64,000 bases of DNA, from positions 4,960,001 through 5,024,000 of the forward strand of contig CM106585.1 of the NCBI GenBank assembly GCA_048013815.1, read 5' to 3'. Shown piece by piece: positions 46,078 through 58,500 of the stretch. A model generated the notes under the pieces. That model was not told the DNA's origin. It ran no database searches and saw nothing but the letters and a program-made list of their open reading frames with translations. The translations under genes and the position numbers were made by a program. Positions within the stretch are counted from its first letter, which is position 1. Every line of letters starts with the position of its first letter. Source of the DNA: Setoptus koraiensis. Lineage: Eukaryota; Animalia; Arthropoda.

Positions 46078-47745
46078 ATGCCAATTCTTGCCACTATGTG
46101 TGACTATATCGTTCACTGTATGAAAGAGGGCGACCTCGGCGCTCTGGAGAGAATAATCGACTCGATGAGCAGTATTAATGACGTTGTCCTGGTAGACGAA
46201 GAGAACAGCTTGAATCTGTTACATTTGGCAGCGGGGATCAGTTGCGATCATCGTGATAAAATTTTAGAATTTTATTTGGACCTCGGTGCTGATGCCAACT
46301 ATCCAGGAAAACAGGACAAAGTTTCGGGAGTACGTGCACTACACATAGCCGCCAGCTGGGGTTATGATGTCAGCGTCAAAATATTGTTACTTTATCAGGC
46401 TGACGCCTCTCTCAGGGATTCGGATGGATATTCCGCAATTGACTATGCTAGTGTCTACGACAATTACACATGCATATCAATACTACTCAAGTACGGATGC
46501 CTCAATACATCATCTGACACTAGCGAATGGTCGCAAGTCTTCGAAACTAGTGCTGGCGACAGCAGTACAGCCAGCTTTCAATTTGTACATAGGGGATCTG
46601 GGCAAAGAAATGCAGACAAGTCAGCAAATATCTGTGGTATTGACAAACATAAGGCCAATTTTCAATCTGTACAGAGCGAATCTCGGGATAAAAATGTTGG
46701 CAAGTTTGGAGATATTTGTGCTGATGATAAACATACATCTAGTTTTCAATTTGCACATAGAAAATCCCTGGATAAAAATGATGAAACACTAAAAGATTTC
46801 AGTGATGGTGACAACCACACAGCCACTTTTTATTATTCAATAGATGGAGAGTCTGAGGAAAGAAGTATCGAAAAATCGGATGGTAATTGTAGTGGTGATA
46901 GTAGTGTAGCTAGTTTTCAACTTGTGCATAGGGAATCGGTGGAACGAAACCTTGAAAAATTGGGAGATAATTACGCTCAATTCCTGCGCACAGAATTGAA
47001 GAAGTTTCATTACATCGCCGGACCAATAACCTCTACTACCAAGGGAGTTTACACAAAACTTTTGCTTTCATTCCAACGAACACAAAACCTGACAGAGCCA
47101 CCAACTTTGAGTATATTGAGTCAGAAACTTGGTTACTCTTCAGAATTGAGAAGTTTATTATCGGGTAGATTCCCATTCGACGAAGCCCAAGACTTGGAGA
47201 GGGAATTTATAGCAACAAGCGATAGCGATATGCTTCATGGGCCTAAGCAGTTCTTCAATTATCTACTTTTGGATCCTAGGATCAGTAAAAAGCTGTGTGA
47301 TCAGTTGGCATCCGATGGTGCTCCTCTAAACACGTTGCTATTTGCTCAATTCATCAAAGCTATATTCTACATAGGAAAAGGCCAAAAGAAGAGGGATTTT
47401 GCACATTTGTATGATGCTCTTGCAGATCGTGATGCCATTACCAAAGCCAAGATTGATCAAATCAGAAGCATCTGGTCTGATGGCTATGGAGTGGTGTCAT
47501 TGCATCTTTTTAACAATATTTCCGGGAAGGAAGCTCTCACTCGGGAAGCTTTAATGATTGAAGCCGTAGGGCTTGATAACCTGACTAATGTGCTGAAAGG
47601 TACTGTCAAAATTCGGATGGCGTGGAACGATCACAAGAGAAAGTTATTAGGAACTCTTCTTTTGTGGAAGGCTTTTAGCATATACTTAAACGAAGGCGAA
47701 AGACAACTCAGACGAGAGGATCTTAATGTACGTTTCGTGAGATGA
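46078..47745 (+). CDS. ANKLE1: ANKLE1/LEM-3 ankyrin-LEM-GIY-YIG endonuclease, intronless
   Basis: Ankyrin repeats (LLHLAAG, ALHIAASWG), a LEM-like segment (LRTELKKF..AGPITSTTKGVYTKLL), and a GIY-YIG domain (FNYLLLDPR...FYIGKG..KR...HL...REALMIEAVG). Confidence 0.9.
   Translation: MPILATMCDYIVHCMKEGDLGALERIIDSMSSINDVVLVDEENSLNLLHLAAGISCDHRDKILEFYLDLGADANYPGKQDKVSGVRALHIAASWGYDVSVKILLLYQADASLRDSDGYSAIDYASVYDNYTCISILLKYGCLNTSSDTSEWSQVFETSAGDSSTASFQFVHRGSGQRNADKSANICGIDKHKANFQSVQSESRDKNVGKFGDICADDKHTSSFQFAHRKSLDKNDETLKDFSDGDNHTATFYYSIDGESEERSIEKSDGNCSGDSSVASFQLVHRESVERNLEKLGDNYAQFLRTELKKFHYIAGPITSTTKGVYTKLLLSFQRTQNLTEPPTLSILSQKLGYSSELRSLLSGRFPFDEAQDLEREFIATSDSDMLHGPKQFFNYLLLDPRISKKLCDQLASDGAPLNTLLFAQFIKAIFYIGKGQKKRDFAHLYDALADRDAITKAKIDQIRSIWSDGYGVVSLHLFNNISGKEALTREALMIEAVGLDNLTNVLKGTVKIRMAWNDHKRKLLGTLLLWKAFSIYLNEGERQLRREDLNVRFVR
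46573..46970 (+). repeat. ~84-bp (28-aa) degenerate tandem repeat x~5 inside ANKLE1
   Basis: Units start SFQFVHR / NFQSVQS / SFQFAHR / TFYYSID / SFQLVHR at 28-29 aa spacing. Confidence 0.85.
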
Positions 47746-47874
47746 TGACCAATGCTCGACAGTCTCAAAAAAAAAAAATAATGATCAATGCTTGCGATAG
47801 TAGATCTCAGATCAAAGAGCGTCTTGATTTCATTGTGGAATTTTATTTCATATTTTACCGAATGGCAATTCTAT

Positions 47875-49536
47875 TCAATCAGAAATGTCTATGACTGGAG
47901 GTTCCTGTGATGGTTCTTTGTCGGCTTGACTACTAACCCTAACCTCTTTTAGCTTCGCTTCAACTCTTTTCACGGCAATAGGTTTAACTTCGATGGTCTT
48001 TGTTTCCTCTGACCTAACTTGTATTGGTTTGACCTCAATCCGCCTGGGTTCAATCGGTATGGGCTGTTTACTTGTTTGAATAAATTGAAGGAGGCTAGAT
48101 TGACGAGGTCCGCTTGGCACAGCAGGTTTTACCTCAATGCGAGCAGGGCTTTCCATGCGCGTCTTAGTTGCTGATTTGGGAGTTGCCATTTTGGGAGCTG
48201 TTTGCTTTGGAGTAGGATTCTTTAAAGGCTCAGGAGGAGTTTCCTCTTCTCCTAGTTCCTCATATTCAAAGATGGCGAAAGTACAGTATGCGTCTGTAGA
48301 TGAGATCATTAGAAGACGGGCATCGGATGACCAGGCTAGATCAGTCAAACGTGCCATGTGTATTTGAGAGAGGAGGTAAATAGGAGTTGATTGCTGGGAG
48401 TCATAAATTAACACAGATCTTGAGGTTGCAACTGCAAAAATCATTCTAAAAGGCAATTCTAGGACATTTTCTTCGTGCGCTCGAAGTTTAAAGTATTGTG
48501 GACAGAAGCGTACGCATAACGCACATTCTTTACCAGTTGGGTAGCTCACTAATGGTCTGTCAGGATAGAGGTTGAGAAGTCGAACATTAGAAAAACTTAA
48601 ATGATTTGTTTTTAGTATTCCAAGTCGTTATTGGAGTAAATTGCTTAATGTATCAACTTACTTGTTCAGACAGGTTCTCTTGTAAAGGAAACACGCATTG
48701 AGGGGACTTGCATCGCTGTTGGTTGATTGGATCAATCCAGAAGGTGCTAAAATGTACTGACCACATGGGGAGTATTCTATCCGACGACAAAATGATTTAA
48801 GCGTATCATCATGAAACATCGCCTTGTATTTGGCATTGCCATTATATTCAACTACAGAGCGTCTAGCTTTAAATGCAAGTTTTTTCTCTTTGTAGTCATA
48901 AACTCTGAGAGTTCTATCTGAGCTGATAGCAGCAAAATATTGATCTTGAGGATCGAAAGTTACTCCCTGTACAAATCCTCTACTATCATCACAAGAAAAA
49001 AGTTTGATGGACTTCTCAACGTTCCAAAGTATGACTGAATTATCAACTGAGCCAGAAACTAAATACTGACTGTCTTGGGACCAGCTCAAATCACATATAT
49101 CTTCTATATGGCCCCTAAGCACTTTATGTTGTTTCCAACATTCGAGGGATTGTACCTGATCTTCATTGCCAAAGTCTTGTGTTTGAATTGGTTCGGCGTC
49201 AGGGCATAATTGCCAGATAATAATATAGCCGTCATCGTCACCGGACGCTAGTAGATTAGGTTTACTTTTTGTTGAGAATCGTATTGCGCCGACTGCTTTC
49301 TGATGGCGTACTAGGCTAGCATAGACCTCTATGACATAAGACTGAGAGTTGAAGTTCCATATATAGACAGTGCCGTCATTGCCACCTGTTGCTAATTTAT
49401 ATTTAGAGTTGGGTTGCACATCAATACAAAGCACTGGCCCATGGTTGTGCCAAGAGATCTCAGGTGTATGCAATTTCTGCTGAGAAAATTGTACAGAATT
49501 ATTATTTGGATTTTGTAGTTGTGGTGCCTTGTCCAT
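47875..49536 (-). CDS. CHAF1B: chromatin assembly factor 1 subunit B (p60/Caf1-105), WD40 (2 exons)
   Basis: Exons 49536-48662 and 48556-47875 join in frame (518 aa). Motifs HTPEISWHN, LATGGND, LVRHQKAVGAIRF, LRGHIEDICDLSWS, VQGVTFDP, MFHDDTLKSFCRR, LELPFRMIFAVAT, IHMARLTDLAWSSD, plus IEVKP B-domain-like repeats in the tail. Confidence 0.92.
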
Positions 49537-51046
49537 GTTTTGCCCCAGAAAAAAATATAGGCGATAATGGTATTAATAGTAAAAATATCGATGGGTTGTA
49601 TAAAACGATTAGGTAACGTGGGGTATAATTAACAATTTACCATAAACGACGATAATAGTGATAATTGTTTTGCTTTGTTGTCATGTAATAATAATAAATA
49701 TATATATAGATATATGATGACAACGATGATGACTATGATGATGATGGTGATGACGAACAATGGTGGTGCTGCTGTTGTTGAGTTGTAGTGCTTGTTAGAG
49801 TAGTTGCAGTAGTTGCGGTAGTTGCTGTAGTTGCAGTAGTTGCTGTAGTTGCAGAACACACAATGCTGCGAAGGCACAGCAGCATAAGTGGTGGTGCTAG
49901 TTGTAGTAGAAGTATGGGTGCTTTTGGCGCCACATTCAAAGTGAAAAAAATGCTTATTGAGGGGGAGGCATGTCTCCCCCTCTCACCTCCCTGTTTCAGG
50001 AGGTCGGGGAGCGGGAGGTGGACCTCCCCACCTCCCCCGATCACTAAAAATGCTTCCAGGCCGGGGAAAAAACTCCTGCCATCCTCTCTTCTTCTCTTAT
50101 CGGGCTCCCGCTCGACAACTCTTTCATAAGTTCTGAAATAATCGCACTCTCATGAAAATAATTCATGAATCCAAACGACGTCGTCTGTCATTGAGTGCGC
50201 GCACGTTTTTGCGATAGATCTCAAAATTCTTTCGATTTCTAAATTAGTGCGCTTACTACCATTCAAAACAGTGGGGGCACGCGCAACATGAATTATTCAA
50301 CTATTTCGGAAACGACAAGTTGAATAGAAAAATGTTTATTTTGAGGGTTAAACAATTCTTCGGATCTGGATCAACCAATATTCTCCTGGATATGGGTGTC
50401 CGCCCTAAGAGGTTCAACTTGTGAGCATATGAAATGCTGCATTTTTGCACTTTGAATATGGCGCCAAAAGCTCAGAAGAAATAATCGACCTAACTGTGAT
50501 TGCATTAGACTTCGTACAACAACAACTACCACACAACCACCCATACTTCTACTAGCGCTACTACAGCAACTACTGCCATCACTACTACTACTACAACTAC
50601 CACCACTACTACTACAACTAGCACCACCACTGATGCTGCTGTGCCTTCGCAGCTTTGTGTGTTCTGCAACTACAGCAACTACTGCAACTACTCTAACAAG
50701 CACTACAACACAACAGCAGCAGCACCACCATTGTTCGTCATCGCCATCATCATCGTAATCATCATCATTGTCATCGTATATATATATAAATTTATATATA
50801 TATTTATTATTATTATTATTTATGTTGTCAACAAAGCAAAACCACTATTATCGTAGCTTATGGTAAATTATTAATTACTCCCCACGTTATCTAATCGTTT
50901 GATTCGACCAATCAGACAACACTGTACAGCATCGATATTATTGCTATTAATACCATTACCGCTCATATTTTTTTCTGAGGAAAAACATGGACAAGGCACC
51001 ACAACAACAAAATCCAAATAATAATTCTGTACAATTTTTTCAGCAG
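49477..51046. repeat. inverted segmental duplication (arms 49477-49953 and 50439-51046)
   Basis: The left arm is the reverse complement of the right arm, with internal deletions. Both contain ATG GAC AAG GCA CCA CAA and the upstream CTA/CAG-rich low-complexity region. Confidence 0.93.
49961..50114. mobile_element. G/C-rich multi-hairpin remnant, possibly a non-autonomous DNA transposon end
   Basis: Hairpins GGGGGAG-gcatgt-CTCCCCC (49961-49980), ACCTCC-n8-GGAGGT (49985-50004) and TCGGGG...GGGAGGT-gg-ACCTCCC...CCCCCGA (50004-50040). No TIR pair or TSD identified. Confidence 0.35.
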
Positions 51047-53260
51047 CCTCAACAACACAATTTCCATACAGACATGGCCACCACAACTAATACTAGACCT
51101 AATGTTGCCAATCCAACAGCGGAACAACAACAACAAAATACTAAATCTACAACAAATAATAATCAAACTAATAATGATGGGCGCGGTATTTGCCTAAGAC
51201 GATGCGATCACAATTCAAAATTAAGCACCGCATTATCACACATGCTTCAAAAGGAATTTATGGTGGATGTTACAATTTATTGTGATGATGGACAACTAAA
51301 TGCTCACAAGCTAGTGCTAGCTGCTTCATCATCTTATTTTCGTAGTTTGTTTCTCAAAATGCCAAACACACATCATTATCCTATTATTGTCTTGAGGGAC
51401 ATAGCTATCATGGACCTCAAGACTGTCATAGACTTCATGTACTATGGCGAGGTTACAATCACATCGGAACGATATGATTCAATTATGAGATGCGCAACTT
51501 TCCTACTAGTCGAAGGTATCTCAAATTCACTTAACAATATTGTCGCTACCTCACAACAACACGGCACATCGCAATACAAGATGACTACACCATCGTCAAC
51601 ATTGATGCAAAATATGTCAGCTGGGCAGAACATATTACCTGGTAAACATAGGGCTCCACCAGGCAGACGACAGAAGCGTCGGATGAAATCTAACGAGGAT
51701 GTGGCTGGGGGTGATAAAAACTTAACTGATTATCACAATACATTGGGGGGAGCACATGTAGATTTTCTTCAAGGTTATAACAACTCGGACTATAGTGGCA
51801 ATTTGGACACTTCCCATGACCAGCTCATGAATGGAGAGGTAAGCAACATTTTTATACTTTTGACCGATATTTTCCCTTATTATTCAATCAAAACTGACAA
51901 TGTGCTTATTTGTTCTTTCTGAAGATATTCCAGAATTCAAGACTAGGGCAAAATGGTCACTCCAGTTCATTACCTGGTAAGTTATACAACAACCGTCTCA
52001 AATACGGAGATACGGTTTGTATCGGTGTGTCTGCAAATGAAAAGACGGTTCCCACCCGAAATGACCTGCGTCCACACACATGTGTTATGTATGTATGTTG
52101 AAAATGTTAACAAAACTTTCCCATCCTTGTTATATATGTTTAATTGTTCATCTAGCTCAAGGTGACAGTCTAGTTCTCCACCGACAATTTCACGAACACA
52201 GCGCCTTAAATCATCACGACCACCAGCGAATTGTAAACTCACTGAACTCCAACTGTGTTGATTGCAGTACCAAAGGGGGACAAAAAAGCAATCGAGCTAA
52301 GCACCCTTGTACTATTTGTTTCAAGACATTTACGCATGGATTCACTTTGAAAAGGCATATTATGCAAACTCACACACAAAATAGATTAAGTTTCTATTGT
52401 GAACTATGTTCTAAAAATTACAGCTGCAGGGATAGTTTCCTTCGACACAAAAAATCGTCTTCCCATCGACAGCAATCAGAATTTCGTTGAAGATGGACTT
52501 CTGTCTTACATGTATATATAGCAAATGTATATATGAACAATAACAATTACCCAAACTATGTCCATACTAATGTAATATGTAAATCTCTAATATTATTTTT
52601 TAAGATATGAATCAGTTATTGCTTCAGAGTTTCCTACAGCTTCTGATGAATCAGGCATTCAATCAGTCGCCTCTAGCACTACAGAAGTCGCCACCCTTGA
52701 GCCAGAGCGAATCATCTTTTCCGGCATCCAATGCCGGCTATCCAATCACACCGGCACAAAATGTTTTATTGGATAACAATGTTGCTCATGCATTCAAGTC
52801 ACAGGAGGTTATAACCAACAATGTCCAAGCGGAACCCAAAGCTCGTAAAGTCAATAAGATCGAATCCATCAATAATCTGAACAAAGAGAATCTAGTTCCA
52901 CATGAGTACAAATGTGAAATGCCAAACTGTCCTAGAAGCTACAAGAACGGTGCTTCACTTAAGCGTCATCATACCTTAACTCATAGTATCAAGTTCGGCG
53001 ATATCTCTTGTGACACTTGTAAGAAGAAATTCAAGAATGAGATATTCTTGAAAAGGCATAGCCGCAGTCACCATTCATCTGTTAATACATTAAACTGTCC
53101 TATCAAGATGGAGGACGAAAAAGAGCAATCTTCCAGCGGGACTACTATCAATTACGCGTTGAAAAATTGCAACTCTATGTCTCAAAGGAAGATGACTGAT
53201 TATTTGACGAAGCCGAACAAAAACTTCGCTTCAGCAGATAGTTCACAAAACCCAAGATAA
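50987..53260 (+). CDS. BTB-C2H2 zinc-finger transcription factor (ttk/lola/broad type) with two alternative ZF exons
   Basis: BTB domain (DVTIYCDDGQLNAHKLVLAASSSYFRSLF...IDFMYYGEV). Exons 50987-51838 and 51925-51976, then either 52156-52490 or 52605-53260; both are phase-1 acceptors and each encodes a C2H2 pair. Confidence 0.85.
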
Positions 53261-53847
53261 TCACCACGAAAATGATTGGAAGAATTGAGTAGCGTCAACT
53301 ACTTTATGAAATATTTTTTCCGACGCCCAAAATACTAGACAAAATGAGGCATTCCAAAGACCGGATATTGTTGATGACATTGGCGAACAATGGTTAGACA
53401 CTCCTTCAAAGTCGAAAATGACACATCAGGCTGAATTCATATCTTACTGCAAAATAGTTCATTCATGATTGTAACCACATATATATATCTATACATAGAG
53501 TGCATATTCATATATGCACTATGTATTACTATTATATATAAATATATCCATACTTAGCATTATTATTACATATAACTATATACATAGTTTCATTGATTAT
53601 GTTTTGAAAGTTGACAATTACTAACACGTTACAGCCATGTGTATAATTTGTGTGATCACTACGTGGCTATTATATTAATGATTGTTGTCTTTATTAGATA
53701 ACATTGTTAATGATTGTGGCTCATTATGTAATGGTGTCTCTGTTTTAGTTAGTTAGATAGTTTAGTTATCCCTTGTCCATGTGCTGGTGCATCCATAGGC
53801 ATGACGAGGGGCATTCACTGGGAACTCTCATAGACGAACAAGCAAGC

Positions 53848-55567
53848 CTAGTACGTAGATACCGTTGTTAGCTTAGAGAATTGATAACATCTTTCTTGTT
53901 TGATAGAATCCTCTGAATCATCTTTTGGGAATTTGTGAGTTCCTGCAATAGGCTGACCGTCTTTATTAAAGCCCATGTACCAATCGGAATTTTGTACAGA
54001 TCGATATCTATAATAGGAATGATCTGCTTTTTCTTCTAGAAATAAGCAACTTTTTGGAGGTGCTTTGACCTGAACACAATATGATAATTAATAGTAACAA
54101 GTAGATGAGTTTTTTGTGAGGGGGAGGACAAGATAAAAATAGATTGTTGTTAGTTATAATGATGTTAAATTGTTGAAATAAGAGCATACATGAAGAAACT
54201 GGATTTCTGTATGGTTGTACAGTTGCACAATTTATAGTTATCATGATGTTTGATGATGACCAATCAAGATTAATAATATTTTTTTTTCCAACAGGTAAAA
54301 AGTCTCTCGCAAAAAGTACTTAATTAGCCTAATAGTTTTAATTAGAGAGATTGCTTAACGAGATTAATTCTCCTATTCAGACATTTACTAGTCGCTACTT
54401 AATCAATTACCTAGTCGTTTATGTTACGTGTGGAGCCATTAGCGGCAACAAGTGGCTAGTAGCGAGTTTATTTATTGCTGATTGTTGTTTGGGTTTTCTC
54501 TGTCTGTCTATCTGTCTGTGTCTCTCTTTTTCTGTGTTCATCATAACATCATCGGATTTCTTGTTTATGTAGTTTATAGACGATGAGTCTTTAGTGAGGT
54601 GGACATGGCAAAGAATAACAACAACAGCCACTAGCTAGACACAAGGAAAAAGAAGCTCATATTGCATCGTCATGACTGCACTTTCAAGTATTTATGACGC
54701 TCGTCGTTTTATTACATTTTTAGCCTTGACTAACAACTGTTGCTGGCGGTGGTGGACGTCGAAGAAACGTCATCAACTCGTAAACATATCGATCACTCTA
54801 TTGAAATGTTGAACATGTCGTCAGAACAAATTTGCGCCGACCTACTCACTGAGAGTGGATCGGCTTACTCTCTGTGAGATGTCTTGGACATTAAAAGGCC
54901 GATACGTTTTTATTATTGCCGATACCTATCGCCTAAGCGAGCGCAAGTTGATGGCCGAATCCTAATAAACAAGCATATAAATGAGACAGACAGACAGATA
55001 ACTATGTCACATAGCATGGTGGCATAAAAGCAAATTGAGCAATTGAATGAGCAAAAGTCTTTACCGAAACAATGGCCTCCATCTGACATATATGCAAGTG
55101 CATATTGTTTTAGCTATGACAGGATCATGTCAGGTGAACAAATTTGTTTGTGATGCTCACATGAAGATGTCATGACAATTTTGGCAAGAAGTTGTCGAAG
55201 AAATAAGTCAATCGCCGTGACACAAGAGGAAACGGTTCATCTTCTCCAACACTTGACAGCGAAAACAATTGTTTGAACATTATGGTTAAGTGTCATACGT
55301 TTGTCGTCGACTGATTGAGTCACATTACACACACACACACACAGAGGCATGTTGTTGTTAATTAGGCGGTCTGACACAACAATCAGCCATTAGTATCTGC
55401 TGTAGTGCAGTTGGATAGTTATTGAACTTGAATTGGATTGTCTCTACAACTACTACCGGTTATAAATTGTTGTTGATTGAAATATATGATTTATCTAAAC
55501 CGTTGAGAGCTTTGAGTTGTTGATTGTTGTAAGATAATAACATGACATTGTCAGCAAAAGTTGCTGC

Positions 55568-55598
<31 letters not shown>

Positions 55599-58500
55599 AC
55601 AATAAATGGGAACAACCGCTCTACACATTCAAGTGCGATGACCTGGAAAGCAAGTCAAAAGTCAAGCTAGTTGCCGCAATAATAATTGGCAATATTACCA
55701 ATAGGCAAAATTTGACAGTCAACAACAACAACAACAACAGCACTGTGTTCATTGTTAATATTACCTAATAATAATAATACAGTTACATGAATTGTTATTT
55801 AAGAACTGGGTCACAATACCAACACACAACAGCATTGCACTGTTGGGATCCGTCGATAGTACACACAGGCTACACGTATAGTGAAAAAAGAAAGTAAATT
55901 ATTGTCGGCTACACACTGCGGTGTTTGTGTTAATATCTAATTAGATTAGCCAACACACCCGAATTGTGAGTAGTGGGTATCGACAAGTTAAAGGAGTAGT
56001 CGCATTATACACATGTGTATGTATCCAATGATACCAAAGATATATCACGCTGTATCAGGCTCTGTGTTATGTAATTGTGTTGCTACCTTGTGTGGATGTA
56101 TAATATTTAAAAAACGTATCACGCTATTAATCGTAGTCGTGGTGTTAGTGCTGGTCGCGGAATAATAATTACACTTCATTTAGTAATGTACAATGTTGAC
56201 ACCATGAAGAAGTGCTCGTCGTTGTTGTTGTGGTTGTTGTGGTTGTTGGTTGTGGTGGTCAATAATTGGATCTTTAATTGGCGCAAAGAGCCAGATATCT
56301 CTTTCATTAATTCAATCATCTTAACGCAAGTTTCCAGTCCAGTAAATGTTGCTCTTGAGTAGTCATAATTATATTTCATTATTATCTATCTACGATCCAA
56401 TGGGCAATAAAAGGGCGTCAATGATCATCGAGCACGGTCAGCACTGTCAGCATAAATAGGAAGCCCAATACAAGGCTGAAACTTTTCAAGAATCCGTGCT
56501 TGTGCGGATCGTGACCCTTTGGTTGCAATATCTCGACAAACACAATGTATATAATGGTGCCGGTGGCAAACGCTTGCAACAGAATCATAACGGGATGATT
56601 GACATTGATAGCAAAGGAATTTTGAGCTATCACAACTATCAATATTCCAATTGGCGACATTGAACTGAATGTGGTCATATGTACAATTGTCCATAATTTT
56701 GATTGCAAAGTGGCGTTATATAACTCTAATCCCACCACGGCCGCTATAACTAATTTGTGGCATGCTATTGCTATGAATATCGCCCAAACCTGATCAATGG
56801 TTGTCTGAGACCCAATGGCTACACCGTCAAAAATGGCATGAGCACTGAACGCTGACACAATTATAAGTCCGCGCAAAAATTTAAATAGCTCATTATTGCT
56901 ATTGTTTGTTGACTTGATTGCGTCATTGGATGTCATTGTCCGCTGTGACTCGATCTGACAGTTGGTCAGCTGACTTTGCGACGACGACGACGACTCCAAG
57001 TTGATGTTGTAATGTGCCTTGTCTGGCCGATCGTCTGACTGCGTTTGTATCACTGCGCCCGATTGCACTTGTTTGTCGGGCTCCGCTGGGGGCGCGTGGC
57101 TGTGATTGTCTAGAAATTTAACCATTAGCTGCTCTACGATATAAATAAAAAAGAATCCACAACAAACGGATATCTCAATGAAGGGCAAGTTGAGCCTGTC
57201 GTCCGATTGTGGCGAACTGCTGCTGCCGTTGATGTTTGCGGCCGCCTCAGTGGGCTGTTGTTGTTGCTGGTAGTTGTTGTTGTTGTTGCTGTTGTCGTCG
57301 TGATTGTGGTTGTGGTGGTGGTGGTGCAAATTTGAATATATGCTATTCACCGTTTGTGTCTGATTGTCGCCATATGGCACCGTAGTTTCTGTTGTAAACA
57401 GGCTCGAATCAGCCACTGAGAGATCATTTTGTGTGCTTTCCACCGTCACCAAGCTAGGCGAGGCAAGCTCGTCTAAGAGCGTGCCTGTGGTGTCGTTGTT
57501 TGAAAATATTTGGCTTGTTGTGGTCATGTTTGTGGCGGCATGCGTGGCATGTGGATGATGATGATGATGGTGAGTGTGGCCGCCGGGACCCGGCGACTCG
57601 CCCAACAGGTAAGCCTTGAAACTGTCATGCGTTTCCGGTATCAGGTGACAAAAAGCGGTGGCCATGAGAACGCCCCCGCCGAAGAACATGGAGGCCTGTA
57701 TCCATTTGGAGTTGAGTATGGCGCGTTCGTATTCGCCGTTGTTTGGGGCCAGTTGTTGGTCGTAATGGTTTGACGTTGTTGCATCAGTTGTTAGCTGGTT
57801 GTTTGGTGCTGCTGGTGATGGTGTTGTTGTTGTTGTTGTTGTTGTTGTTGGCGTGCTTGTTGTTGTGTTTGCGGCGCGGTGGTCGCCACCTGTCGCACTG
57901 TTATTAATTAAGTTAGATGATGATATAATAATGGAGGTGGCCGACGAGCTAGATGACGACGATGGCAATAGATTCGATTGTGAGCTAGTGGTTATGTTGG
58001 TGGCCGCTTGCGACGATTGCTGCTGCGACGACAAATTTATTGGCACACTGTCCGATGTTGGCACTAATGATTTCAATGTGACATTGTGATTTTTTGAGCT
58101 ACTAAAAATACCATTGTTATTGCTGGGCCGATATAAGATGTGATTTTGTTTCAACGAGATGGATTGCTCTTGTATGTTGTTGGCGCGCCGTCTTCGTCGG
58201 CCGGCCGCCCATGTCACCGCTAGCACGGGCAAATATCCCGCCAACAGGGTTAGTATAAACAATACGAGACTGGCTATCAATTTGGTGGTTTGCGTTTGGT
58301 CCATTTCTTCTTCTGACAAACGGTTTTTTGTTTGTTGATATCAATATTTCAATAGTTCAGCTATATTGCTAATAATGTTAATAATAATGTAATGTGATGC
58401 AGTGTGAAAAATGGCCAATTGTGACGGATGGCAAATGTGGTGCGCTCGTGCGGTCGCTAAAACTCGACGATGCTCGACTCGATGTGAATGCCTATGCCCG

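Noticed and set aside
47938-47945. CCTAACCT resembling a TTAGG telomerase template or telomeric seed
   Set aside because: It is a single short match inside the CHAF1B coding sequence and is expected by chance.
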